64,000 nt of DNA. Origin: Spongospora subterranea f. sp. subterranea (lineage: Eukaryota). Positions 36,950 through 50,049 of the stretch are shown piece by piece; position 1 is the first letter of the stretch, and every line of letters starts with the position of its first letter. The notes under the pieces are model-generated. The model did not search any database. It had not been told where the DNA came from and worked only from the letters and a program-made list of their open reading frames with translations. Made by a program: the position numbers and the translations under genes. The DNA lies in assembly GCA_049724395.1 (NCBI GenBank), contig JAUGWO010000009.1, positions 1 to 64,000 on the forward strand, in the 5' to 3' direction.

Positions 36950-38200
36950 TCGTGAAACGGTAAGTACCATTTGTGTGGTGTCTTTTGGCCAAAGTCCTCT
37001 ATCAGCGGGAACGCCTGAGTACTGGAGTAGGCACTTACAGAGAAAGATGGGAAAAAGTGTAATTGATTATATTTGTGATCCGCAACTCAATCTGAGCTAA
37101 CGCTCGGACACCACATCCTTCTCGGTCAAAAAAACGAGAGCATTCTTTAGATCCATGACTAAAGCAATCCTTGACCGCTTCTGTAAATTGTGCAAGTGTA
37201 TTGGACTCTCATGGACTAAATTGTCGACAGGATCCCACGGGTCGGTTGATTCCTCGAAACCCGCCAGCGAATCGTTACAGACCAAGATCCATCTTCAAGT
37301 CCAGCTGAGTCGACATTCCCTTCGACCTCGTATCCTTGACCGACAACGGCAATTTGATCGACTAGGTCGGAAGCTACATCCAACGCATTATCGCAATAAA
37401 ATCGAACTCTTTGGGTTTAAACTTCGACAACTGTTTGCAGAACTACCAGATGTTCTACGGTAGTTTGACAATGAAATCCGTGACGACTTCAGTAGTTGTT
37501 CTTGCGGGAACTCGCCATATAAAGGATAGTTTCTCTCCTGCAGCACGTTCACTGACAGAATACAGCACGTATTCACGAAGTTGAAAATCGGCAACAGGGC
37601 CACGTCGATGTCTGCTTTGTAGTTCCCGATTGTCGGCACGAACTAGAAGGACGTCGCGGTGCAAGTTCTCGAACTCAGTAATCTGATGGCAGAAATGTAA
37701 GCTGCAAGACGATCTGGGGAAAGCTAAACATCTAGAATGCGGTATCGCCGCCGGGCCCAAACGACATCCAATGGAGATGATGGCTCAGATCTATCGAACA
37801 AGTGTCATCGGAGCAAACTTCAACGTCGGCGATGTGGCGTTATTGAGAACACAGCGGAATCAACGAAGGCCAGTGATGATTGGGTGATCGGACCTCTGAC
37901 CATCGACGACGTCAGTGCTGGGAGAAATCGTAGCATTTGCCTTTTTTCGACAGCTGCATGTGTCCAGGGATAGTATCCCCATTGGAGGAGGTGCTTAGCG
38001 GTGCAGCTTAGAACGTACTCCCTCGATTATCTGATGGACAACGTGTGTCCCTTGGTCTGATACCCATAGCATCGGGTACGCGAACGCCAATCAACGATAG
38101 CTTCTGCTGCTGTGTGTGAAGCACTGGGAGAATGTGTAGGAAACCAGTCAATATAACCGAGAGCCCCATCTCTGATGACTGATCAACGCTTGGTCGTATT
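36950..38200 (-). mobile_element. Gypsy (chromovirus-like) 3' relic: post-integrase region and chromodomain
   Basis: [27 protein letters not shown] and LAGFEESTDPWDPVDNLVHESP. Confidence 0.6.
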
Positions 38201-38239
38201 GATTGATGTCCCTACGTAAAACGTGATCGAATTCGATAA

Positions 38240-39650
38240 AATGATTTGGGCCATAAGCCTTGGCAGCAGCGCCGAATGGGCGAGGGACTATCTCCACCGC
38301 TTTACCAGGAAGGCAATGGGGCATTGACCAACAAAATCGTCAACGCTTTTACGGCATGTTGTTCCGGAAGAAAGGGGAAACTATTTGGCCAACGATGGCC
38401 GGCGGATCCTGAATGTGCAATTATTAACAAACGACAGGTCAGGTATCCAACAGAAAATTACGGTAGATTGATGGTGACAAACAATCCTGGCGAATATCTG
38501 ATAAATTCGTGTCCTGTCACCCGGCTCCTCTGGGAAACAATATGTTGTCAAGGAAGGAGAAGGGATCAAGAGAAAGATCAAGTACCTTCGAGGGGGAGTT
38601 CGACCAGCGACTCTACCCGACATTGTCGAACACGCGATCAAGTTTGGAGAGGAGCAGCAAGCAGAAGCCGAAAAGCCGAAAAATTTAGGAGTATTGTCAA
38701 TCAAAACCAATCAACAACACGAAGTGCATTTGCTCACTGAGAATGCCTCGGCCAAGAAAATAATTGATACATTTACACCCGCAGATTATCTGAACAACGG
38801 AAGCCGCCTCGTGGCAATTGCTAAGACCTCACTATACCCACCGCCCCATTAGACACAGCACCAAGCACCCGCTACCAACAATTCCAACAATGGTAGGGGG
38901 CACGCCAGCCGCAACGATGGAGAGAGGTTTGGGAATGGAAAACCACCTGATGAAGGATTGCTTCTTGTCGAGGGGACCACTCTGGGTGTAAATCTATACT
39001 GAATGCAGTCCCGCTGAACGCGAAGCCGCGTTTGAACAGTTGAACTACCGCCAGGCGCAAATCAAACATCTGATAGCCACGCCAGAGTATGGCGACAGGA
39101 GTTGAGTCCTGGAACAGAATCGAACATGTCTTCTGCCGTTCGAGCTGGACGATGGCTCGTACAAGACGACTATCTCACGATTTGCCGGTGCTGAACGATA
39201 TAACTGATCATGGGCCAGTGCTAATTGGGACGCTAAACCCACCGTTGAAATGCCAGGTGGCGACTGCCATAAACCTCGCGACCATTCGACAAGCTGTCCA
39301 TCCTGAACCCACACTAACCACGAAAGCGGGAACAGCCAGATTTCCGATCGGTTGAATGTGATGTCACAGATGACGATGTGGAAACAGTCCTCATCGGCAA
39401 GACCGAACTACGAAAACTGGGTATCGACCCCGAACCACTATCAGATGAATTGCTGTCGAGCGCGACCGACAACGACATCGCAAGTAGTACCGCGATCTGA
39501 ACGCCTCTCGGTCTCAACCAACGACTACCCTGATTGTTGATTACGAAGATTCCGATCGGGAACGACTGAACACTAAAACGGCAATCGGCGATACGGTAAA
39601 CAGGGCCATTTCAAGTGGAATCCCCGGCACGACCAAAGATTTCACAACCT
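38240..39650 (+). mobile_element. Gypsy gag/protease relic
   Basis: Broken frames with a degenerate zinc knuckle near 38955, a protease-like LDDGSYKTTIS near 39145, and VLIGKTELRKLGIDP. Confidence 0.5.
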
Positions 39651-39699
39651 AAATATGGTGATCAGTGAGATCACACAGTGAACTTTCAATTGATTTTCA

Positions 39700-40880
39700 T
39701 TATTTGAGTGTGTTGATCTGTTCATCCATCAAAAATCTGGGCGTCTCCGCCAATGACGGGGATTTGGCGTTCGATAGTCGATATGATCCAGATTATCTAC
39801 TGATTGACGGTGAGACCAATAGACCGGTGATGACGCTCCGGACCCGCCAAGGCACATCGGGCATTTGTCCATGAGTTGTCGATTTCAATGAAATTTCCTA
39901 CTGTGAATCGCCAAAACGAACCCATTGTTGGTTTCGTAATTGATCAAACCTGGGCCCTTGCGGTGACGTCCGAAAACGGAACAGCACAATCTGATGCGCC
40001 GTCGTCGACATCGAACGTGTTGAAATCGAATTCCTGTTCTCAATCCGTCATCAGCGATCTGGTATCGACGAGTGCCGGGCACGATTGTGGTCATCATCGA
40101 ACTATCGTCTTCATTACCGACGGCCCTTTGTGAGAGGAAACGCTCGAAAATCGGGCGAATATCGCCGTTCATGAATTTTCTGTGAAGAACCCGTCGTCGA
40201 ACAAGGCAAAGTCGAACCCGACAAGACCATCGTGCACTACCGATCGGATCCAGCAGGTCGAGCTGATCCCATGATGTGCCCAGGGAACATCCGTCCCGGA
40301 AGTATGAACGCGTTGGCGGCGTAGACCTGCTCAAAGAATGGGTCGGCGCGCCAGGTCTTATCGTTGGCTGGTACCGGACCTGGGCCGCCCTTTTACAACA
40401 CGCCTTTGTTGACCGCCGTCGCGAAACGATTCGACGTCAACGACGATGCAGGAGACCACGACTTCACGTTGTCGAACGTCAGAACGAAGAGGTCGCTGGC
40501 GTGATTGCTGCTCATGTTGTGTGCTGCTTTGTCAGAGCCGGAACCAACTTCCGTCGGTTCTGATGTTCAACCCTCGGTCATAACGTGGACGTTCCCGATC
40601 AGCGCCAAGTCGGCTGTGCCGTTGACAGGACTCCCGAAACAATCCTGGACTTGTGTGTGTGATCAAACTCATAGAACCGTTGTCACATTGTCGACATTTT
40701 CACGGGTTCGCACCAGGGTTGACTTCAGCCCAAAACACGAGTAGAACAGCTCGAGGACCCGTTATGGATCAAAAACAGCCAACACCAACTGGCGAATAAT
40801 GATAAAAACCCAACAGTTTTTTGACTGCAATTGAAATGATTGTTGACGGTCGTACAGTACCAGGGACATCTCAACGCCAA
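39700..40880 (-). CDS. Possible multi-exon hypothetical gene; structure not resolved
   Basis: GC-rich coding-like segments separated by short intron-like gaps. No motif recognised. Confidence 0.3.
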
Positions 40881-41192
40881 GAATGCGACATGTCTATTGC
40901 CGCCTTCACCTAGCTCAATAAATCGGTTGCGAAGGTGTTCATCGATAGCGATTTGACACTTTATATGGCACCTCTCGATTGTGTTTTTAGCTTCAGTAGC
41001 GGCTGGGAGTGTAAAGTTGGTATGTTCTTAAGAGCACATTGTTCCCATCAGCACGGTAATGGTAAAGGAATCGGTGTCCTTTGCTGTTGGATACGTTGGC
41101 GAAAGACATCGGGTGATTCGAACGCGCTTGATCGTCGGAGTGATGATCGTATATATTTATATTGTTTATTGGTTCGAGTTGGTCTATTGATC

Positions 41193-42970
41193 CTATCGAA
41201 TACTAAACGAGACTGGGAAGATCTCGGGGCTGGCGCCTAACCTCGATCCGGATTTCACTAAACACAACAGCACACAGAAAACTGAGCTGAAAATCGACCC
41301 ATCGAAACGATGTCAACGGGTGAAAGAACAAGGGCGTTGCAGGTTTTGTCCATCGCAATTCTGGAAAAACGGGTTCGAAAAAAAAACATCGCCCGGAACT
41401 TACGCTGATCGCCGTTCGACGGGAACGCGTTCCAGAAGCGCAGCGTCTCGTCGCCGGCGCCGGTCACGATCGTCTGGCCATCGGGGCTCATGGCCAGATA
41501 CAGGACCCGGTACGTGTGCCCGATCAGCGTCGCCAGCTTGGTCATCGTCGGGTACTGCCAGACGATGATCTGGTTCAGCGAGTACCCGTGCGTTGACACG
41601 ATCTGCCAACGCCAAGTCAGAGATCCCGTTTTGGCGATCGCGACAACGAACGCCAAGAACCGACCTCGTTGACGGTTTTCGACCACATCAGATTACAAAC
41701 TTGACTTCCCGTGTCGACGCTGTTCATGGCCGTACAGGTCGACGTGTTCCAGAAGCGGATGCAGCGGTCGGCCGTTCCGCCCCCGCTGGCCAGCAGCCCG
41801 TGCTGATGGGGGGACCAGGCCAGCGCCTTGACGGCCGCGTTGTGGTCGGCGAAACGGGCGATCGGGTTGGGCGACGCGGCGCTCCAGATCAGCAGCTTGT
41901 TGTCGTTGCCGCCCGACGCCAAGTGCGTCTCGTCGAACGACCATTTCAGGCCGCAAACCTGTCGCAGAGCAGTATTGCGATCAATCAATCGCCGCCCGAA
42001 TCCCCCCCAAAACCAGCACGAACCTCCTGTTTATGGCCCTGAAGTTTCGACGTGAACACGTCGGACGCCCTGTAATCCCTCAGGATGATGGAGCGATCGC
42101 GACTGCCCGACGCCAACGAGTATCCCGACCACGACAACGTCCCAACCCTCATACTGTGTCCGATCATATTCCGAATCTGATCGCCCCAAAAAAAAAACAA
42201 CGTTTTCGTCAGCAGTGACCGGGAACGTGTCGGGATCGCGTTCGTTGTGTTTTTCGGGGGAAATACCTTGATCTGTTTGGCGGTGTCGTACAGATGAATA
42301 TCGCCCGATCGGGTGCCGATCGCGAGATAGCTGGATCGCGCCGCCCAACAGACCTGATCCGAACAAATTGCCCCGGTCAGAGCGCGGTGTCGACAAAACA
42401 TCGTTGCGTTGCCCAACGCTGGTGATGGTGTTGTTCTCGTCGGCGACGTCGCAGAGCTTCGTGACCTTGGACGTGGACGCGCTCCACAGGTAGACGCACG
42501 ATCCCAGACCGACCACCAATATATTATTGGGCGACCAATCGACCAGGTTCAGGTAGAAATCGTCCTGAAGCGCCGGCGCGTCCAGAACCTGAACATTCGC
42601 GAACCAGATCAGTTTCGGTGGATGTTGTTGGGGTTCGTGGTTCGACCTTGAACGGCGTCGTCGAGATCCTGCGAGTGATTGATTTCCTTCGCCCCGGGGG
42701 ATATGGGATTTGGGGATCGGGAGCGGGCGAGGGCGTGTGGTATTGGAGGACGCGGACGGCGGTGGTCGTGGGGCTGATCTCGCCCAGGACGTGATGGCGC
42801 AATAGCTGGGCGTAGGGCGTCACGACCGGGTCGTGGCGCTCGATGTGGTAGAGGGCGATGGGGAGTTCGGCGGCGATCCGGTTCGGCAGATGACGATCGG
42901 CGTACGGCGGCGACCACGACGTCGTCGTCGCGGGTTTCGAGGACGATCGCCGCCGAGGGATCATCATCAT
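41193..42970 (-). CDS. FZR1: APC/C activator fizzy-related (Cdh1/CCS52), WD40; start uncertain
   Basis: C-box-like [74 protein letters not shown] and a terminal Ile-Arg tail. Confidence 0.93.
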
Positions 42971-44153
42971 CGAGCACGACGACGACCAGGACCGATCGTC
43001 GGGTGTTTGGGAAAGTATCAGGAGGTACCGTCCTGATTGGGACAGGGGGATTAAACGGCCGACCGAATCGCCATTAGGCGATCGACCTTAATCAGGACGT
43101 ACATTGGGGGATACGGATCCTGAGGACCGATCGCACGATCGCGATCCCGATGGGACTCGGCAATTGAGGGGGGCGGCGACACCACCGCCGTCATCGTCAC
43201 CATCGCACAATCGAAGGACGACATCGTGGTGTCGTCGATCCCCATCTCGCTGTTCGGTCGATCAATCGAATCCCAAAACGTGCACGTTGATCGGGTCGGA
43301 GATCTGTCGCGGTGGTGGTGGTGGTGGACGTGAATTGATCAACGCAGAGAGACAGATCCGGATTAGCGGGAGATAATAAACAGCTATTGGCGACCGATGG
43401 CCTTATCAGAAAACACGTCGTGATCGGACCGAACGGGAACGTCGTCGCCCGACACGATGGAGAATGTGTGTGTTTTTTTCGCGAAAGAACACGTGGTGAT
43501 AACGTTGTTCGTCTCGACGATTGAATATCGACGGTTTCCGAGAACTGTATTTCTCGAACTTCCTCCGATCACACGGCCCTTCCCCCAGGAATAATCGTTG
43601 AGAAATTTGCAGAAATCAAGTAATACTGTGATTGCTGAATCAGCGAAATAGCGGGGAGCGTTGGGCGCTGAAAATCGCAATATCAGACAAGGGCGGAAAT
43701 CATAATTGGAAATACGAGTTCAACACGACGACGAACAGTGGTCGACACCGAATCGAAACTGATTAGACTGAAAATACATTGTCCAGGTGATGTTGATTGG
43801 AAAACGGGTGAAGGGCGTCGCTACAAACCGATCTGTTCTTGGCCAAGGTCGTGCTGACAAGGACAACAGATTGGGGAACCAATGGGACGGCGGCGGGGGA
43901 CGCCCAGATCAACAACTGTGAACACCGCCAAAACACAAAAACCATCGTTGACCCAATTATCGTCGGATTGTGTTGATATATTCGGATCGTGACGACTCTA
44001 ATGTGTCCCCAATCGCGATCATCAATCATCTGCGATCGATCGGTTTCCGCGACATCGCGCACAGGGACGCGATCGCCGGCGGCGGCGGCGGCGTCATTGA
44101 CATCGGTGGATTTCGGGGGGCACAATTCTGTTCGGGAGAAAACGCCCCCGCGA

Positions 44154-45565
44154 ATGTCCGACCTGGTTTGCGTCGTCATGCCGGTCCATAACGGGGGCGC
44201 CACGCTCTGGTCTAGCGCCATGTCGATCCTGGCGCAGACCTGGCGCCACCTGCACCTGGTCGTGGTTGACGACGGGTCGACCGACGACACGGGCGCGATC
44301 TGCGCCCGGATTCGCCAGGGCGACCCGGATCGCGTCCTGGTCATCGGCCTGGGGCGGAACCGAGGCGTGGCCGCCGCCCTCAACGTCGCCCTGGATTCGG
44401 GCCCGGCCAAGAACGCCGCCTTCATCGCCAGGGCCGACGCCGACGACGTCTATGATCGCCAACGCATCGCCAAACAGGTCGCCCAATCCCAACGCGCCTT
44501 CTACTGAATGTTATCGCCAATTTCATCGAAAACTGAATTTTTCCCTGAGGAGATTGGTGCGATTTCTGGGAAATTCTTTTTCGGAAAACGATCACGTTCA
44601 CTGATTTTCTGATTTCGCGAAATTTCGTTGTCGAATCGATTTCTGTTTTTTTGCGGTTTTATATTGAAAATGTATTGACTTTCTGTTTTTGCGGTTTCAT
44701 GTTCTGAAATTGGTGTTGGACAATATCAGGTGGGTTATCTGAACCGTAATCCGGCGATCGATATCTGTGGGACATCGGTGTCGATCTCGGGCCGACGCCT
44801 CCCGTTGCCGATCGACCCGTGCCTGGCCCATCTGCACATGTTCTTCTACTGCAGCCTGGCCCACCCGACGGTCATGTGGCGCCGGTCGTCGGCGTTGGCG
44901 CCGCGCCGCTACGACGATGGGTGGCGTTATTCGGTCGCCGAGGACTATCGCCTTTGGCTCCAGTTGTTGTTGAACGGCGCCCGGATCGCCAACATCAGCC
45001 ACGAACCGTTATCATTTCTGTCAAGGTGCGTTTGATTCGCTTTCGCCCCCGATCGTCGTTGATTTCTCGGCAGAAGCGCGTCGTCGATATCGGTGGTTCA
45101 CGGGACCAAACAGGCCGATCAGGCGCTGGCGATCGCCCGGGACGCCCTAGCCGATCTGGTCGGCGACCCCGACCTGGCCCTGAGCGCGGTCGCCATGATC
45201 AGGGACCCAATCGCCCAGATCCGCTCCCCATCTGACGCCGTTCTCGCCTACCGATTACTTGACCGGATTCGCGACGCCTTTCCCTGTCCTTGCGGTAATC
45301 GCATTTCATTTTTTTTTTGTATTTTTCGACGAGACAACAGACCTTTCGTCGTGCGCGATGGTGTTTGGTTGTCTTGCGTTTTTTGTTGATTGGGGTCAAA
45401 GGCGTTGTCGGACGTTGTGACGTCGTCAATGACGATATCGAGAGACGATCGGGGGAGATTGCCATCATCGCCAGCCGCGTAGCAGATCCCGGATTACTCC
45501 AGGAATGGATCACGGAATCGCCCGTGCGTCGATCGCAGCTTCTACAGCAACTGCTATCGCCATGA
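44154..45565 (+). CDS. Family 2 glycosyltransferase (GT-A), bacterial-like, with introns
   Basis: VCVVMPVHNG, VVVDDGSTDDT, NRGVAAALN, IARADADD, HPTVMWRR, AEDYRLWL. Confidence 0.88.
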
Positions 45566-45654
45566 ACCCGCCGCAAAGTCGTCCGAGCGTCGCGTGGGAG
45601 ATTTATCGGGGAACGGCGGATCCCGCGCTGAGAATCGTTCGCGATAAATACGTA

Positions 45655-47103
45655 TTATATTTTCCTGTTCTGACGGCAATGATCAACGTGGTCGAGGAGA
45701 TGCGATTTAGGGAACACGTAGATGGAGCGCATCGTGAACACGATCAGGTCGTCGCGGTCGTTGATGATCGGACCCCAATGGAGCCGGTAGATCTGGTTGG
45801 AGAGCTGAAGGCGGCTGAGCAGGACCGGCGGCGCCGGGAACGGCGCCAGATAATAGACGAGGACCTCGTTCACCCATGAACCGATCAGAACCAAACGTTG
45901 ATCGCGCACAACGCTCGACGACGTCAAACAATCGGACGATTCCGATCCGGGGAAGATCGACATCGAACTCGCCTTTCGGAAAAAGACGATCAGGGGCATT
46001 CAACGACAACGGTAGTGTTGTTGTGTTTACGGTCAGTTTGCGTTGGACAACGTCGGTGAATAGATAGGCGGAACCGGCGGCGGCGACAACGACCAGGGAA
46101 ATGGCGTTATCGATCTGGATCAGGTTAAGCGATGGAATTGGGCCATCGAGCGTGCAACACGACTCAACGCGGGGCGTTGGTGTTCCGACAACGGAGAGGG
46201 AGACGGACCCGTCGCGACCGCCGATCGCCAACACGCCCACGTCCTGAAGCCACATTTTTATCGGGTCAATTCGAATCGGGAAAACGGGATCGCCGACCGC
46301 GGTGAACAATCGGTCCATCGACATGACGTATTGCTGGGAACGATTGGAATCGAGCAGGGTCTGGAGCCGGGACGGGTCGCGACGCCCGTCGCTGTCGATT
46401 TCCGTGATCGAATCGGGCGAGCACTTGTAGACGTGAAGACCTTGATCGCTCGTCAAGATAATGTGGTAATTGCCGCTCCTAATCACAACGTAATTTCAGT
46501 TTCGCGACGAAACACGATTTCTAACGAGAAAATTACGACGTTTTGTCGCGAAACCCGTCCATGAGAAACGGGACGTAATAGACCGATTTGTGAACGGAAC
46601 GAGATGGGGTCGGCGAAAGCGCCTGAAAGAAAACCGGGAATGTGTTAGAGAAACGATCGCGATGAGATGAGATTTCGGGAACGACGTTGAACTGGAATAT
46701 GGAGAGATGGGATACGACGGCCGAGTCGTCCACGGTTCCGGCGCAGATGATCGTGGCCAGATGGGTCTGATCGCCATTGTCCCAGACGTGGACCGCGATC
46801 AGCTCGGAATCCTGGGCGTCCACACTATAGCTGATCTCCACCTTCTCCAGCACGGCCGACCCAGGCGGAAGGCGGAAGATCTCGTTCGTATCTACGACGA
46901 GATTATTGGTCAATATCGGATATCGTCGGAAACATGATCAACGTTGGTCAAAATTTTATTGTTTTTGATTCTACACCTTGACAAGCGATAATGGCCCCGA
47001 ATCTGGCGCTGAATCCCGAGTTGTATAAGCTAGAGAAACTCGACGACGGTAGCTGAGCGATTACTGCTGGAGAAAGATCGGCGAATCCGGTGGCCATTGC
47101 CAT
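45655..47103 (-). CDS. KPTN: Kaptin, KICSTOR complex subunit, multi-exon
   Basis: Collinear segments resembling recalled kaptin sequence: ISYSVDAQDSELIAV, LDGPIPSL, LVVVAAAGSAYLFTDVVQRKL, FPGSESSDCL..VLIGSWVNEVLVY, DDLIVFTMRSIYVF. Confidence 0.7.
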
Positions 47104-47430
47104 AGCGCGGCCCGATATGAACCAGACTGATGCGTGTGTACAATACCCATACAGTAGTTGGCCAAGAAGAGGCCGCTGCCCGGCAATCCGCCCACTGTTG
47201 GCTCGACCTACTGTTACAGTGACTCTACGGTGTATCCGCTGTATCGTGATGGAACATGGAAGAGAAACAGTGCGTAGCCCTTCCATGGATACACTCGGCC
47301 AGAGTCGCCCGCTACACTGGACGAATCGTGATCACTGGTAGACGCGCGGCCTGCTGGCAGCAGTCGCAGTGGATGAGGGCTGCGCGTTCCCCCTCGTGTG
47401 TAACATAACTGTAACATGTGATATCTGACA

Positions 47431-49668
47431 ATGACCGGGTCTAGTAGGTCATCGACATCATTATCGTCGCAATCGACAACCTATCTGCTGCTGACAACGT
47501 TCAGCGAACGGGGTCATCTCCTCGTGTTCTCATGCTCATCGTCTGGCAATGATTCTCTGCCGTTGAACCTCGGCCCACAAACGATTGCCAGGATTACCTG
47601 TCCGAAAGCGGCGCTGTGTGGCCGGTTATTAGGCAAGTTATCCTTTGTGCTACTTGTTGAATCAGGAAAAGAGTCGAGTGTTTGACGGGATTTAATGTGA
47701 ATCAATTTTGAACTCTTGATGTGCTCTTGCTCTCTGTATTACCGCTGATAATCAAAAATATTCTGTGCAGAGTTCGACATCGATAGTGTCAAATTTTTAT
47801 CATGGCCGGTTACTGTTGACGGCTCATCAGATGTTGACGGAATCGCTAAATTCAATGTCGTAGCGGCGATGCCGCTTCACTGTGTCCGTCGCCATGAAGT
47901 TGCCCGTTTGATGGTGTCTCAGCTCGCCGCGGCGCTTACTCACGAGCAACGTCGCAGGTAAGAGGTAATTTAATCTGCTTTCAATGATTTTTTCATTTTT
48001 TTCTGTGAGATTGATATCTGTTCGCTTTCCGACGTGTTTTCTACACTCTTTTCCTTGCTGAAAATGTAAATTTTGAATATTATCTACATTGCTCAATTCG
48101 TTTGTTAATTATTACTGAACCGCATTCGCGGAGCTGTCTCTGATAACACTACGTCTGACAACATGAGTTCAGGAACTTCGTTAGTTCTCAAGTCTCAATC
48201 TTATTACGGGCCCGCGATAACGGGGGCGATATCGTGTCGCAGATGAAGAGATCCTCATTGGCCTGCGCCCTGTATGATCTTTGCACAGGATTGCATAGCG
48301 ATACGTTTCGCAATATTCGCATCAACGATTGGATTTACGTCAGCTCCTGTCAGCCCCCTGATGATGGGTGCCTGGCGTCGATTCGCCCTTACCGTACTGT
48401 ATTGCTTTTGGAGGATGCGGACAATATCATCGCTGAGCTCCCGGACGATGCGTCGTCCTCACTGCGACGTCTGATTCGCATTGCAAATCCAATGAAGAGT
48501 TTTCGCGATATGAGCGTCGATTTAGGAATGCCAATGTCGCACATCTTCAGACTAGCTGCTCATTTGGTTCACTGGGGCAAAGCTAGAATCCTCGTTAGTA
48601 GCTGTTTTTGTTTGACCGCGCTTGTCGGATAACCTATTCTGGCTACGATTCCGTTTCGTCAAGAGTGTTTTTTTGAATTTCTTTCTAGATTCTGTTGCTT
48701 TGTTTTCGCTTTTTAATGAACCGCTTTTTTCAGAACACCCTCACAAAACATTCCATTTTAACAATCAATCCGGATGTCATAATTACCGGAGATGTCTGTG
48801 ACACTTTCGAAGCGACGTTTCCTACGCGAGGCCTATCAGATCAACTCTCCAGGTTCGCAGTCCCTAAGAGGCTAGAAGAGCATTTGAGGATATTAGGTGC
48901 ACTTGATTCGCGATTGTGTTTTTCAAACATGCTATAACAATTCTTACCATTTACGATATGAACCTCGAATTCTTTTTTTGTAACTTATTTGGTCCATCGA
49001 CCGCTCTTTTTTCATGCTGCTCAAGTTGTATGTTGTTGATTATGCTTTATAATAAGCTTGTTTTCAACAAATGGGGTGTTTGTATCTACAGGGCAGGTTG
49101 CACAACATCAAATCATAACGCTGATAATATTCCTTCTACGCCATTCTCTGTTGATCGTGTTGCACACGTTCATTTCTCTAATTCCTGATGGGAATAACTG
49201 CTTTTTACCCCCTCGTGATATCCCGTCATATCCTTCATCGCTCGAGTCTAATTGCCCAATCAAACATTTATCACCTGCTTTGAAGATCTCTTTGGATTCT
49301 TCTACTGTCAAGAATTCTAAGCTCAAAAAGTTATTTTACAGGTGATCCGTTGATCTACAAGGCCTTTTTACAATTATCAATATCCTCGTATTTGATTATC
49401 AATTTTTTTTTTGTCAATCAGCATTTTGCATCAAGTTAGATTCCTAGGTTGCTGAGTGTCTAGTATCCATTATTGCCGCGTGATATGATTACACTATACC
49501 CTGGACCACCATTCGTTTAATTGATCTTATAGGTTGTCACCATATTTCGACGGCGAACACCATATAGAGGAAATAATGTGGTCAGAGAACGTGTCCCGGC
49601 AAGAGATTGGTCTGGTCCTATCCGAATATAGTGACGTAGTTTCTACATATTTCCATGAGGGTTCCTAA
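47431..49668 (+). CDS. NPRL3: GATOR1 subunit NPRL3, multi-exon
   Basis: LLLTTFSERGHLLVF, CPKAALCG..FDIDSVKF, SSLA..IRINDWIYVS, IRPYRTVLLL..LPDDASSSLRRLI..LAAHLVHWGKA, YFDGEHHIEEIMWSENVSR. Confidence 0.92.
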
Positions 49669-50049
49669 TCCAGCTGCAAAATCCAGCTGGCTTTGCTTTC
49701 CCTTGCTTTATTGCTGCTGAAGTAAGTCACTGCTTATGGCAGGACTCTATAGAGTGTTTTTCCAGTGTTCAACAGTGGCCATCTTGGGTTTTTTCAAATT
49801 TGCCCATCTGTCCACAATACACGACATGTGATCACTTATTCAAGCTCATCAATCGGTATTCTTTTCAACTGTAGGCATGGATTACTTGCCAATCGTGGCG
49901 TTAACCGCAAGTCATGCTCTTGGCTAATAAACTTCGTAGTTTTCTGCATTCAATGTGAGTATTGATATATCTAGTAAAGGATACGAATTCCGCAGTGCTA
50001 TCTGAAAATTGCCGTTTCTGGCAGGACGACACAAGTTAGGTCAGAATCA

